Shown here: positions 54,465 through 62,199 of the stretch, in pieces
How the letters are laid out: each line of letters starts with the position of its first letter
How positions within the stretch are numbered: the stretch's first letter is position 1
Source: a virus
Taxonomy: Duplodnaviria; Caudoviricetes
Reading direction: 5' to 3' (one strand)
Virus record (IMG/VR): IMGVR_UViG_3300037424_000723
Span: 1 to 64,000 of that record
Length of the DNA: 64,000 bases
The notes under the pieces: generated by a model
What the model saw: only the letters and a program-made list of their open reading frames with translations
The model's database searches: none
Told to the model about the DNA's origin: nothing
Position numbers and translations under genes: made by a program

Positions 54465-55178
54465 GTGATAACCGACCTGCAAGAAATCAAGAACTTTGAT
54501 AGTGATTTAGTAAAACTGAATACGGGCATTGATGAGCAAAAAATTATTATCAATGACGCAAAGGAAAGAGTTGCAAATCTAAAAAAAGAAATTCAGACTA
54601 CGGCCTTTACCGCTATGCTTGAAGCAATGAAAAAGCACCCTGACAAGATACTGGCAATTACCTGGCATTTTTACTGGTGTGCCTCAGAGATAACCACCAC
54701 TACTATATACAATGCTTTAAGTATGGTTTTATCTCAAGACAAAGCCAAGCAGTCAATGGCTATGGCTAAAGACCTGGCTAGTATGGATATACGTTGCTCA
54801 GAATGTAGCAAGGTATGGACTGTAAAAGTAACCAGTCGAAATGATTATCAAACCAAACTCAATTCACAGCGATATATAACATGTGATGAGTGTAAAGAGA
54901 AACAACATAAAGCCTATGAGATTCAACGGGCTACTATTCAAAACCGACTATATCAACTCAAGACAATGCCATATCAAGAGTATCTACAAACCGATGAATG
55001 GAAAGAAACCAGACTAAAGGCACTGAAGCGAGCCGACTTCAAGTGTCAGGTATGCAATAGACCCGATAAATTAAATGTTCACCACAGAACCTATGAAAAC
55101 CGAGGCAATGAACAAAACAGAGACTTAACCGTACTGTGTGAAGATTGCCATAAACTTTATCACTTTGGAAAGGATTAG
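54465..55178 (+). CDS. HNH endonuclease with helical/Zn N-terminal domain
   Basis: YLQTDEWKETR...CQVC...LNVHHRTY...LTVLCEDCH; GTG start after the leader inferred. Confidence 0.88.
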   Translation: MITDLQEIKNFDSDLVKLNTGIDEQKIIINDAKERVANLKKEIQTTAFTAMLEAMKKHPDKILAITWHFYWCASEITTTTIYNALSMVLSQDKAKQSMAMAKDLASMDIRCSECSKVWTVKVTSRNDYQTKLNSQRYITCDECKEKQHKAYEIQRATIQNRLYQLKTMPYQEYLQTDEWKETRLKALKRADFKCQVCNRPDKLNVHHRTYENRGNEQNRDLTVLCEDCHKLYHFGKD

Positions 55179-55180
55179 TC

Positions 55181-56005
55181 ATGAGCGGCATAATCAGAAT
55201 CGAAAAGAACAAGAATTACTCAGTAGTCAGCAATGTACCAGCAAACGATGACAAACTATCTTGGGAGGCGCGGGGCATCCTTTACTACTTGCTAACTAAA
55301 CCCGATGGGTGGGAATGTCGCAATCAGGACTTAATCAACAAAGGGCCGGCAGGGGGTGACAAGATTGAACGCATTATAGATGAGCTACAGGAACATGGTT
55401 ATATCACCCGTCAACGATACCAGAAAGAAGATGGCACATTTGATTGGGTGACTACTATCCACGAAATGCCAGTTGAACCAGAGGAAACGGTTAAAGAGCG
55501 AATAGCCAAAAAGCGAGCTACCTCTCTTGAGAAAAACCGTAGACGGGCAGCCCGTCGTAAGGGTTTAACCATAGGGGTGTTACCCACTGATGGTTCACCC
55601 ACTAATGGAGAACACCCCCATATAGTAATTACTAAATCAGTAATTAATAAAAAGAAGATTACGATTAAAAATCAAAAGGTTGAATTAGGGCCAATCGCCA
55701 AGAAACTGCTGTCTATCTGTTGTCTCAATGAGGACAGACTAACTAAGAGGCAGGGGGAATACCTAAAAGAAGCGCTTGAAATATTGATACATAAGATAAA
55801 TGTAACTGAGGCCCAACTCGCCCAATTTGACCTATTTTGGAGGCAATCCTGGCGCAAGGGCAGCCCGCCGACATTACTCCAAGTGCCTGAGCTATGGGGT
55901 GAGTTTGAACAGTGGCAAGTCAACCCCCTCCCCCCACCCAATGGCAAGCAAACCGGGCCCAACATCCAAACCATTAACGGAAGGAATACATTGGTAATAA
56001 ACTGA
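55181..56005 (+). CDS. Replication initiator (HTH)
   Basis: IIRIEKNKNYSVVSN...LSWEARGILYYLLTKPDGW...ELQEHGYI. Confidence 0.88.
   Translation: MSGIIRIEKNKNYSVVSNVPANDDKLSWEARGILYYLLTKPDGWECRNQDLINKGPAGGDKIERIIDELQEHGYITRQRYQKEDGTFDWVTTIHEMPVEPEETVKERIAKKRATSLEKNRRRAARRKGLTIGVLPTDGSPTNGEHPHIVITKSVINKKKITIKNQKVELGPIAKKLLSICCLNEDRLTKRQGEYLKEALEILIHKINVTEAQLAQFDLFWRQSWRKGSPPTLLQVPELWGEFEQWQVNPLPPPNGKQTGPNIQTINGRNTLVIN
55582..55625 (+). repeat. Iteron-like direct repeats inside the initiator gene
   Basis: ACCCACTGATGG, ACCCACTAATGG, ACCCCCATATAG followed by an AT-rich tract. Confidence 0.55.
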
Positions 56006-57000
56006 TGCTACAAATAGACCACAAAAAGCTAAACCAGATAACCAAAAATGGATCGTTATTTTTATTCTCACCCGCAGAGGCAGCTACCTACTATGTGCAG
56101 GATGTAGAGGAATTATTAGCCGCCCCGGTGATAGATTGGGGAGCCAGGTCACTAGATTCCAATATCACCCCAATGCGACCCGGTGAGCAGCCTACCTACG
56201 TGATAGCCCGGCCCGGTAACGGCAAAACGTCTTGGATGATTTACATGGCCCGTCGCCATGCTATGCGGATCACAGAACCTAAAAAATGTGTCATCTATGT
56301 CACCTGGGAAGAAACGGTAGAATCAATAGAGATGAGCATACAGGCCGGCGTAGACTATACCTCTGAGCAAGTGGCATGGGGAACGGTAGATATTGAGGCC
56401 GTGAAGCGCAATGCGGTTAAACGCGCCAACCTGCCTATATTTATCATCGGCCAGTCGGCGGTTAAAGACAGAGACAAACGCAAACCCCCGATGACCTTAG
56501 AGCGCGTCTATGATACCATCCTGGCCTTATACTATGAGTTTGGAATTGAGCCGGTATTGATCTGCTTTGACTACCTGCAAAAGATACCCATTGAGCGTGC
56601 CAAAACCAGAATTGATGAAGTAACCGAGGCTGTATTCAAAACATCAGAATTAACCAAGATTATCAGAAGTCCGATATTGGTAGGCGCACAGGCCACCCGT
56701 GATGTAGATGACCAGGGCTTACCCATTCCAACTCTGGCCGGCGCACAGTGGACAAGCTCAATTGAGCAAGAGGCTTTTAGGATGATCGGTCTACTCAGGC
56801 CGATAACCGTAGCCCCCAAGAATGGCGTACCTTTGCAAACCATCACGGTAGACAACCGAGAATATACGGTAGACAAAAACCTAATGCTTTTGAGACTACT
56901 TAAGCAGAGAAAATACTTCCCCGCTAAATCAATCTATCCTGTACACTTTAAGCCTGATTTATTTGAGTTGTCAGATTATCAGATAATGGGATTGGATTAA
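56005..57000 (+). CDS. dnaB: DnaB-like replicative helicase (C-terminal ATPase only)
   Basis: VIARPGNGKT; ICFDYLQKI; GAQATR; SIEQEA. Confidence 0.88.
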   Translation: MLQIDHKKLNQITKNGSLFLFSPAEAATYYVQDVEELLAAPVIDWGARSLDSNITPMRPGEQPTYVIARPGNGKTSWMIYMARRHAMRITEPKKCVIYVTWEETVESIEMSIQAGVDYTSEQVAWGTVDIEAVKRNAVKRANLPIFIIGQSAVKDRDKRKPPMTLERVYDTILALYYEFGIEPVLICFDYLQKIPIERAKTRIDEVTEAVFKTSELTKIIRSPILVGAQATRDVDDQGLPIPTLAGAQWTSSIEQEAFRMIGLLRPITVAPKNGVPLQTITVDNREYTVDKNLMLLRLLKQRKYFPAKSIYPVHFKPDLFELSDYQIMGLD

Positions 57001-57344
57001 TGAATCACGCCCCCGCTTATCACCGTTACCTCTACACCTGGCAATGGCGTTTCCGGCGCCGGCTGCGGCTGCTATGGGCCGGCCACAAGTGCGAGAATTG
57101 CGGCAGTCGCAAGGGCTTACAGGCGCATCACCTAACATATGAGCGCCTTTATCATGAGCGCATATCCGATTTACAAATATTGTGCGAGGTATGTCACCCG
57201 CTAGCAGATGCCCAGCGCAGGTATGACAAAGCACTTCAAACCTATTGCGTCAAGCGATGGGGGCCGATGTGGGTACAAGTTGTTAGGCCAGATGAGGCTA
57301 AGGCGGAATTTGATAAGTGGTTGACAACAAAACAGGAGCAATAG
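57000..57344 (+). CDS. HNH endonuclease
   Basis: CENCGSRKGLQAHHLTY...LQILCEVCH. Confidence 0.92.
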   Translation: MNHAPAYHRYLYTWQWRFRRRLRLLWAGHKCENCGSRKGLQAHHLTYERLYHERISDLQILCEVCHPLADAQRRYDKALQTYCVKRWGPMWVQVVRPDEAKAEFDKWLTTKQEQ

Positions 57345-57346
57345 AA

Positions 57347-57925
57347 ATGAAAACCATCCTCTCTCTTTTTGATTATTCCGGCAATTGGTCTAAGCCATAC
57401 CGGGAGGCTGGTTACAATGTCATTCAGGTAGACATCAAACTTGGTATTGATATTCTCACCTTTGATTATCAGGCCATCCCGGAAATTTACGGAATCCTGT
57501 GCGCTGTGCCTTGCACTGATTTTGCTGTAAGCGGAGCGCGTTGGTTTGCTGAAAAGGATAAGGATGGCAGAACTGAATTGAGCATTAGCCTAGTTAAAAA
57601 GTCTCTTGAGATTATCAATTACTTTAATCCGGTATTTTGGGCATTGGAAAATCCAGTAGGTAGGATAGCCAGATTAGTACCGGAGTTGGGTAAGACGAGT
57701 CTGATTTTTCAGCCATGTGATTATGGCGATGCCTATCGCAAGCGCACATGCTTATGGGGTAAATTTAATCATCCCATCAAAAACCCAGTTGAGCCATTGG
57801 GTATTCGTAAGGGTCAACCCGATGAATGGTACTCTAAAATGGGCGGCAAAAGTGAAAAGACAAAAGCTTATCGCAGTCAAACCCCGTTAAAGTTTGCACA
57901 AGCCTTTTATGAGGCAAATCAATAA
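57347..57925 (+). CDS. Dcm-like C5 cytosine methyltransferase (short phage type)
   Basis: ILSLFDYSG; VPCTDFAVSG; ALENPVG; KRTCLWG; RSQTP. Confidence 0.85.
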   Translation: MKTILSLFDYSGNWSKPYREAGYNVIQVDIKLGIDILTFDYQAIPEIYGILCAVPCTDFAVSGARWFAEKDKDGRTELSISLVKKSLEIINYFNPVFWALENPVGRIARLVPELGKTSLIFQPCDYGDAYRKRTCLWGKFNHPIKNPVEPLGIRKGQPDEWYSKMGGKSEKTKAYRSQTPLKFAQAFYEANQ

Positions 57926-57937
57926 TTCCCCCATAAC

Positions 57938-57971
57938 AAAAATAGAGCCTACTCGTTATTGAGTAGGCTCT
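57938..57971 (-). terminator. Terminator closing the antisense unit
   Basis: 11-bp AGAGCCTACTC/GAGTAGGCTCT stem with a minus-strand T-run. Confidence 0.85.
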
Positions 57972-57989
57972 CCCCAAGAAACCTAAAAC

Positions 57990-58230
57990 CTAGTGATAAA
58001 AAATTACCCCCGGTCAAGCGGGCCGGTACGCTTTTGTCACCTATAGTGGGCTAGGCTACATTAGACAATAACACGCACGTATAAAGAAATCCTCATTCTT
58101 CAACTTAAGTTTTGCCACAGTTTATTAGCCTGTCACCTCGCTTTCTTAGTTTCAAAGGTGAGCGCTTATTACTTCTGACTGTCGCCTGTTTGGGCCGTTG
58201 GTAAGTACGCTCGGTGATACGCACCTATTG
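57990..58230 (-). ncRNA. Candidate structured ncRNA (3' block)
   Basis: ORF-free; stems TCACC/GGTGA, ACAGT/ACTGT, TTGTC/GACAA, GTGCG/CGTAC. Confidence 0.45.
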
Positions 58231-58232
58231 AT

Positions 58233-58359
58233 AAACAGCGGGCCGGATTCGATTCCGGCTTGATCCTTTCACGCGATTCAGGGTTTACGTGTTCCCTCGC
58301 GTCCGTTCAGGTAGCACACGTTCCGATACCTACGATTCCTAACATCGCTGCCGCTGCTT
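58233..58359 (-). ncRNA. tRNA-like RNA (acceptor stem plus T-arm), not a canonical tRNA
   Basis: AGCAGCGG...GCCGG-AATCGAAT-CCGGC-CCGCTGTT; no D-arm, anticodon arm or CCA. Confidence 0.55.
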
Positions 58360-58363
58360 ATTC

Positions 58364-58867
58364 CTAAATATGAGACCAGGTTCTTTTACTTATTACATAG
58401 CATATAGTAACCTGGGTTACATTAAAGATAACCGATAATTCTTTTGATGTATATTTTTTATCCTGATAGAACTTTCTAATTTGCAAGACCTGCTCTGGGT
58501 TTAATTTTGCGGTAGGAGTTTTGTTTCTATTTATAAATTCTGGTATTCTTCTACCTTTTTTGATGGCATCTTGATTATTATCTTTATGAGTACCCAAGAA
58601 TAAATGAGACGGATTGATACATTTGCGATTATCACAGGTATGACAAACTAATATATCAATCGGTAAATCAATATCATTGGCTAAACTATATGCTACCCTT
58701 GAGGCAGTAATAAGATTACCGTCTACCCAAAATCTACCGTATCCTGAATTACCTACTTTTCCTTGCCATTCCCAACATTCATCAGGATTACCAATTTTTA
58801 CTTTAGACCAAAATCTATTTATTTGGTCTTTACTTAATTTAGGTATATTTCTAATTTTTAATTTCAT
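58364..58867 (-). CDS. HNH homing endonuclease (HNH_3)
   Basis: RFWSKVK...CWEWQG...ASRVAY...VCHTCDNRKCINPSHLFLGTHKDN. Confidence 0.96.
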   Translation of the reverse strand: MKLKIRNIPKLSKDQINRFWSKVKIGNPDECWEWQGKVGNSGYGRFWVDGNLITASRVAYSLANDIDLPIDILVCHTCDNRKCINPSHLFLGTHKDNNQDAIKKGRRIPEFINRNKTPTAKLNPEQVLQIRKFYQDKKYTSKELSVIFNVTQVTICYVISKRTWSHI

Positions 58868-58871
58868 TATT

Positions 58872-58975
58872 CACTTTTTAATGGGCCGGTAAATCCAATG
58901 TTTCTAGCCGACGGTTCTCTGGCGCTTTTGCGCCCTTGACATTCTGGCATAGTCGCCAGGGGATTTACCAGCCCA
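58872..58975 (-). promoter_or_regulatory. Branched hairpin immediately upstream of the HNH
   Basis: TGGGCTGGTAAATCC/GGATTTACCGGCCCA outer stem with inner CTGGCG/CGCCAG. Confidence 0.6.
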
Positions 58976-59043
58976 GTCAGCCCTTGCGGGTTGTGACCTT
59001 ATTCATAATCGTTTCAATCCACGCCCCCCGTGTGGGTTGTGAC
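58976..59043 (-). CRISPR. Solitary type I-C-like repeat, 13-nt pseudo-spacer and partial repeat (not an array)
   Basis: GTCACAACCCACACGGGGGGCGTGGATTGAAAC-GATTATGAATAAG-GTCACAACCCGCAAGGGCTGAC. Confidence 0.7.
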
Positions 59044-59241
59044 CGGACTCCAATATGAACGATGTTTTGCCGATTGCCGCCATTCAACACGAGGGCCAAA
59101 ACAATTAAAGCAGATGAATAAAAAACCCCTACTTTCACCCATGTGGCCGTAGGTTTTAATCTGTCTGCCTTCGTTGTTTTGCCCACAATTCCGGCAAACA
59201 TTTATTTGGGTTTTTTCTCGCTCATCAGTTATGACGATCAT
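59014..59241 (-). CDS. Possible 75-aa CxxC-CxxC protein whose stop codon lies inside the repeat
   Basis: AGGG RBS; CRNC...CFNC. Confidence 0.45.
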   Translation of the reverse strand: MIVITDEREKTQINVCRNCGQNNEGRQIKTYGHMGESRGFLFICFNCFGPRVEWRQSAKHRSYWSPVTTHTGGVD

Positions 59242-59329
59242 AATAACCCTGTTGTTAAACTTTGCCAGCGCATGCCGCTTAAGCGTACACTTACCCCTCA
59301 CTGGCTTGTAACCGTTTTTTAGCACTAGG

Positions 59330-59746
59330 CTGGGTACAGTACGGTCAAACCCGCCGTTATTGGTCAGTCCGGTTTATCTGATCTTATCGGAGATAACGGC
59401 CCATTGGCCCTTTCTTCACTTCCCGTTTTTCCTAATATTGCAAGGCGGCCCAGGTACGGGATAAGCGACCTGTATTTTGCCCTAACTCGGCAATACTTCC
59501 CACTTCATATCCGATGAGTTTGTGTGACACTAGGGCCATAATCATTGCGCCGATTACCCCCGGCGTTGGGGTTTGCCTCACTAAACCGTTTAGCCCATAT
59601 AGAGCCTTGCGTCTACCCGTGCGTGATTAGCACGTAGCAAGTTATCACGGTTTATGAAGCTGTTAAGTTGGCTCAATTATTGCCTGTTCTTTTCGGGCGG
59701 TCTATCAATGATGCCATTTCCCTAAAGCGGTCTAATGATTAAGCCT
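59330..59746 (-). ncRNA. Candidate ~400-nt structured ncRNA or leader
   Basis: Follows a promoter; no ORF of 60 aa or more; many hairpins. Confidence 0.5.
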
Positions 59747-59752
59747 GAAAAC

Positions 59753-59781
59753 AGTATAACCGATAATGGATTGAATTGCAA
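59753..59781 (-). promoter_or_regulatory. Promoter of the antisense unit
   Basis: TTGCAA-17-TATACT. Confidence 0.8.
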
Positions 59782-59832
59782 TACTTTTTTGATTAAGAAA
59801 ACTTAAAATTAAGCAAACTCATAAAAATATGC

Positions 59833-59861
59833 TTGCATTTTTAATTCAGGTATGTTAATAT
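59833..59861 (+). promoter_or_regulatory. Divergent rightward promoter
   Basis: TTGCAT-17-TAATAT with extended TG. Confidence 0.6.
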
Positions 59862-59894
59862 TAGGTATCTTAATTTTCGAGGTATCAATGACAT

Positions 59895-59934
59895 CCTCCC
59901 CTGACAAGATGTCAGGGGTTTCCGACAGCCGGAA
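59895..59934 (+). repeat. Two-hairpin motif, copy 1
   Basis: CCTCCCCTGACAAGATGTCAGGGGTTTCCGACAGCCGGAA. Confidence 0.75.
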
Positions 59935-59963
59935 CTTATTTACAAAACGAGGCATAGCGTAGC

Positions 59964-60200
59964 GTGAGCGCAAAATCTTATCCTTATAGTTTGAGCAATA
60001 TTCCCGGCAGTTGGAAGTACTTGCAAACGGCCGAGGAACCAAAGGCCAGTTTCGTTTGTCCAGATTGTGAAGAACGCAAATATCTACTAGATCATAGTGT
60101 CAATAGTGATGGAGCAGTATCCCCTAGCGTAATTTGTGATTGCGATTTTCACGAATGGATTGTCTTGGAAGGATGGAACCCTGATGGCAACGCATTGTGA
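59964..60200 (+). CDS. DUF6527-like Zn-binding protein
   Basis: FVCPDC...DGAVSPSVICDCDFHEWI. Confidence 0.7.
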   Translation: MSAKSYPYSLSNIPGSWKYLQTAEEPKASFVCPDCEERKYLLDHSVNSDGAVSPSVICDCDFHEWIVLEGWNPDGNAL

Positions 60201-60465
60201 TATAGGAATATCTCCAAAGGTGGCCTCAGTCCTGGCTATAAAACCAACGATAGATTATTTGTGTAATGACTACTCAGATGGCGGTAGTAGCATCAGACAA
60301 TCAGATGTTGATTTCGATTGGACATTGCCCGCCGCCGTTGATTGTCCGAAATGTATTAGGGTACGTGATTTGTGGCGAGGTGGGAAAACACTGAAGCAGG
60401 CTCGTAAAATTGTAAAATCATCCCCCGCCCAGCTAGAAGCCGGGATGGGAGCGACCAAACTTTAG
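60184..60465 (+). CDS. Hypothetical protein
   Basis: ATG at 60184; HC...C...CPKC. Confidence 0.55.
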   Translation: MATHCDIGISPKVASVLAIKPTIDYLCNDYSDGGSSIRQSDVDFDWTLPAAVDCPKCIRVRDLWRGGKTLKQARKIVKSSPAQLEAGMGATKL

Positions 60466-60487
60466 AGAGGAGTAGGTAAGCCTTGCT

Positions 60488-60528
60488 CCTCCCCTGAGAA
60501 TATCTCAGGGGTTTCCGCAAGGCTGGAA
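60488..60528 (+). repeat. Two-hairpin motif, copy 2
   Basis: CCTCCCCTGAGAATATCTCAGGGGTTTCCGCAAGGCTGGAA. Confidence 0.75.
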
Positions 60529-60532
60529 ATCT

Positions 60533-60820
60533 ATGAGCAAACGAATTAACGCAGTAGTAACAGATGCTAAGTTTGATTTTATCGAAAGTGTCTCAAAAGG
60601 TAATCGCTCATTTGTTATCAACGAGGCACTGCGGGCGTTATTTGAAATGCAGCGTCTTTTTGGGATAACGACTTGGGGCGACAAATGCTTGATTGCTTAC
60701 GAGATTATGTTGCTCTTTTCCGGCTCTCTCGCCGAGGCACAAGAGGCGCGGCAGGCGCTGGCAAGGCTACAGCAGTTATACCCGAAGAAGTGGCAGGAAT
60801 TGATAAAGGATGGTAAATGA
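60533..60820 (+). CDS. Ribbon-helix-helix DNA-binding protein
   Basis: KRINAVVTDAKFDFIE...NRSFVINEAL. Confidence 0.75.
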   Translation: MSKRINAVVTDAKFDFIESVSKGNRSFVINEALRALFEMQRLFGITTWGDKCLIAYEIMLLFSGSLAEAQEARQALARLQQLYPKKWQELIKDGK

Positions 60821-61053
60821 TGACTAAAACCCCCTACACTAAGCGCACGTTGCCAGATACCCCCATAAAAAAGGGGCAATGCTGGTACTCTAACAGTGAC
60901 AACCGACGTATATTGCTCATTGAGCGTGTTGATATTGGCACGTTCAAAGCCTACGGAATCAACACAAAAACACTTCGCCCATTTGCCATTTCTATCCTGC
61001 GATTTGGCAGCGGTCGAGCAAGCGGGTTTAGCTTGCTAACGAGAGGTGAATGA
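60817..61053 (+). CDS. Hypothetical protein
   Basis: Coupled ORF. Confidence 0.65.
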   Translation: MMTKTPYTKRTLPDTPIKKGQCWYSNSDNRRILLIERVDIGTFKAYGINTKTLRPFAISILRFGSGRASGFSLLTRGE

Positions 61054-61325
61054 TGGCGATTGAGCTTAAATTAAACAGTGGCAAAATGAGAACAAGGGCC
61101 CGGGGGGAAGATTGGGAATGGTATACAGCTACTGTCAATTTACTGGTGGTAATCCACGCCCACAACCGAACTGATACCGGACGCTGGGCATACGTTATCG
61201 GTTCATTGGCTGAATTGAAAAGCAAAAATACCTATGTTGATAAAAATGAGGCGTATAAGGTAGTCATACAACGCCTCAAAATATTAGTGGAAGATTTATT
61301 AGCCGAGGTGAATGATGCACAATAA
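61050..61325 (+). CDS. Hypothetical protein
   Basis: RBS GAGGTG. Confidence 0.65.
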   Translation: MMAIELKLNSGKMRTRARGEDWEWYTATVNLLVVIHAHNRTDTGRWAYVIGSLAELKSKNTYVDKNEAYKVVIQRLKILVEDLLAEVNDAQ

Positions 61326-61686
61326 GCTACCCACCCTGCTCGCTGAATTAAGCGAGCGAGCACCGGATGTGTGTAAATCGCTGGCCGGCTGTTATGAGAT
61401 CGGTGTATACCGTTTTTGGATAGGTGGCTATGATGAGCTATACGCCGTTGTTTTTGATGATAATTCCTATGCTGTAGGCCAACCCGCCCTAGACTGGTTG
61501 CAGGGCGCCCTGCAACGTGCGATTGAGGCGCGGGGGTGGTACTTTCTCATAGAGCGATGGCCCGACGAGGCGAGAGTAAAATTGGTACTGTTGCCATCTG
61601 GACAGCAACGGCATGCTGATGCCCCCCATACAACAGTGGCACTACTAGCCGCCCTGGTGGCGGCGTTAAAGAGCGAGGTAAAATGA
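61312..61686 (+). CDS. Hypothetical protein
   Basis: RBS GAGGTG. Confidence 0.65.
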   Translation: MMHNKLPTLLAELSERAPDVCKSLAGCYEIGVYRFWIGGYDELYAVVFDDNSYAVGQPALDWLQGALQRAIEARGWYFLIERWPDEARVKLVLLPSGQQRHADAPHTTVALLAALVAALKSEVK

Positions 61687-61988
61687 CGTTGTTCAAAATA
61701 GGTGAACCGGTAACGTGGACTTCAACTGCGTCCGGGGTTGACAAGACAAAGCGGGGCGAGGTTTTGGTGATTATACCTGCCTTTACTCGCCCTTACAAGG
61801 TTATGTATAGATTTAGTCCCCAATGGCAGACAAAGTACCACAATATCAGTGTGCCAGGCTATGGTATTTTACCCCGTAATCATGAGAGCTATGTAATCGC
61901 AGTACCGGCCAAAACCAGCAAGGGCAAAACTAAACTGTATTGGCCGGTTGTGAGTTTGTTGGAAGAGGTGAATGATGCCTTACGATAG
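61683..61988 (+). CDS. Phage hypothetical protein
   Basis: VTWTSTASG..K.GEV...RNHESYVI...LYWP. Confidence 0.7.
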   Translation: MTLFKIGEPVTWTSTASGVDKTKRGEVLVIIPAFTRPYKVMYRFSPQWQTKYHNISVPGYGILPRNHESYVIAVPAKTSKGKTKLYWPVVSLLEEVNDALR

Positions 61989-62199
61989 CGAAGTGAGCCG
62001 CTTACAAGGTGAGATAACCCAGCTTGAAAAAGAGATAGAGGCAATCCAAAATGCTATCGAGTATGTAAAATCTTACAGCGTAAAGCCTACTACATATTTA
62101 TATAGCACTATCAACCGTTTAAAAGACAACTTGGAGCATAAACAAATGAAGCTGTCAACACATCGGCAGCACACAAAGGAAAGTGGGGTAAAGTATTAA
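61972..62199 (+). CDS. Coiled-coil hypothetical protein
   Basis: RBS GAGGTG. Confidence 0.6.
   Translation: MMPYDSEVSRLQGEITQLEKEIEAIQNAIEYVKSYSVKPTTYLYSTINRLKDNLEHKQMKLSTHRQHTKESGVKY

Noticed and set aside
58233-58359. Canonical tRNA or tmRNA
   Set aside because: No D-arm, anticodon arm, CCA end or tag ORF; the T-loop is non-canonical
58872-58975. Hammerhead, twister or HDV-like ribozyme
   Set aside because: Conserved cores (CUGANGA/GAAA, twister and HDV motifs) are not present in the right order
58976-59100. Functional CRISPR array
   Set aside because: Only one full repeat, no regular spacing and no cas genes
59767-59777. TGGATTGAAT as a second CRISPR repeat
   Set aside because: A 9-nt match inside a promoter spacer with no upstream hairpin
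61020-61980. GAGGTGAATGATG repeated at three junctions
   Set aside because: Explained by an ideal Shine-Dalgarno plus stop-start overlap; little extra shared sequence
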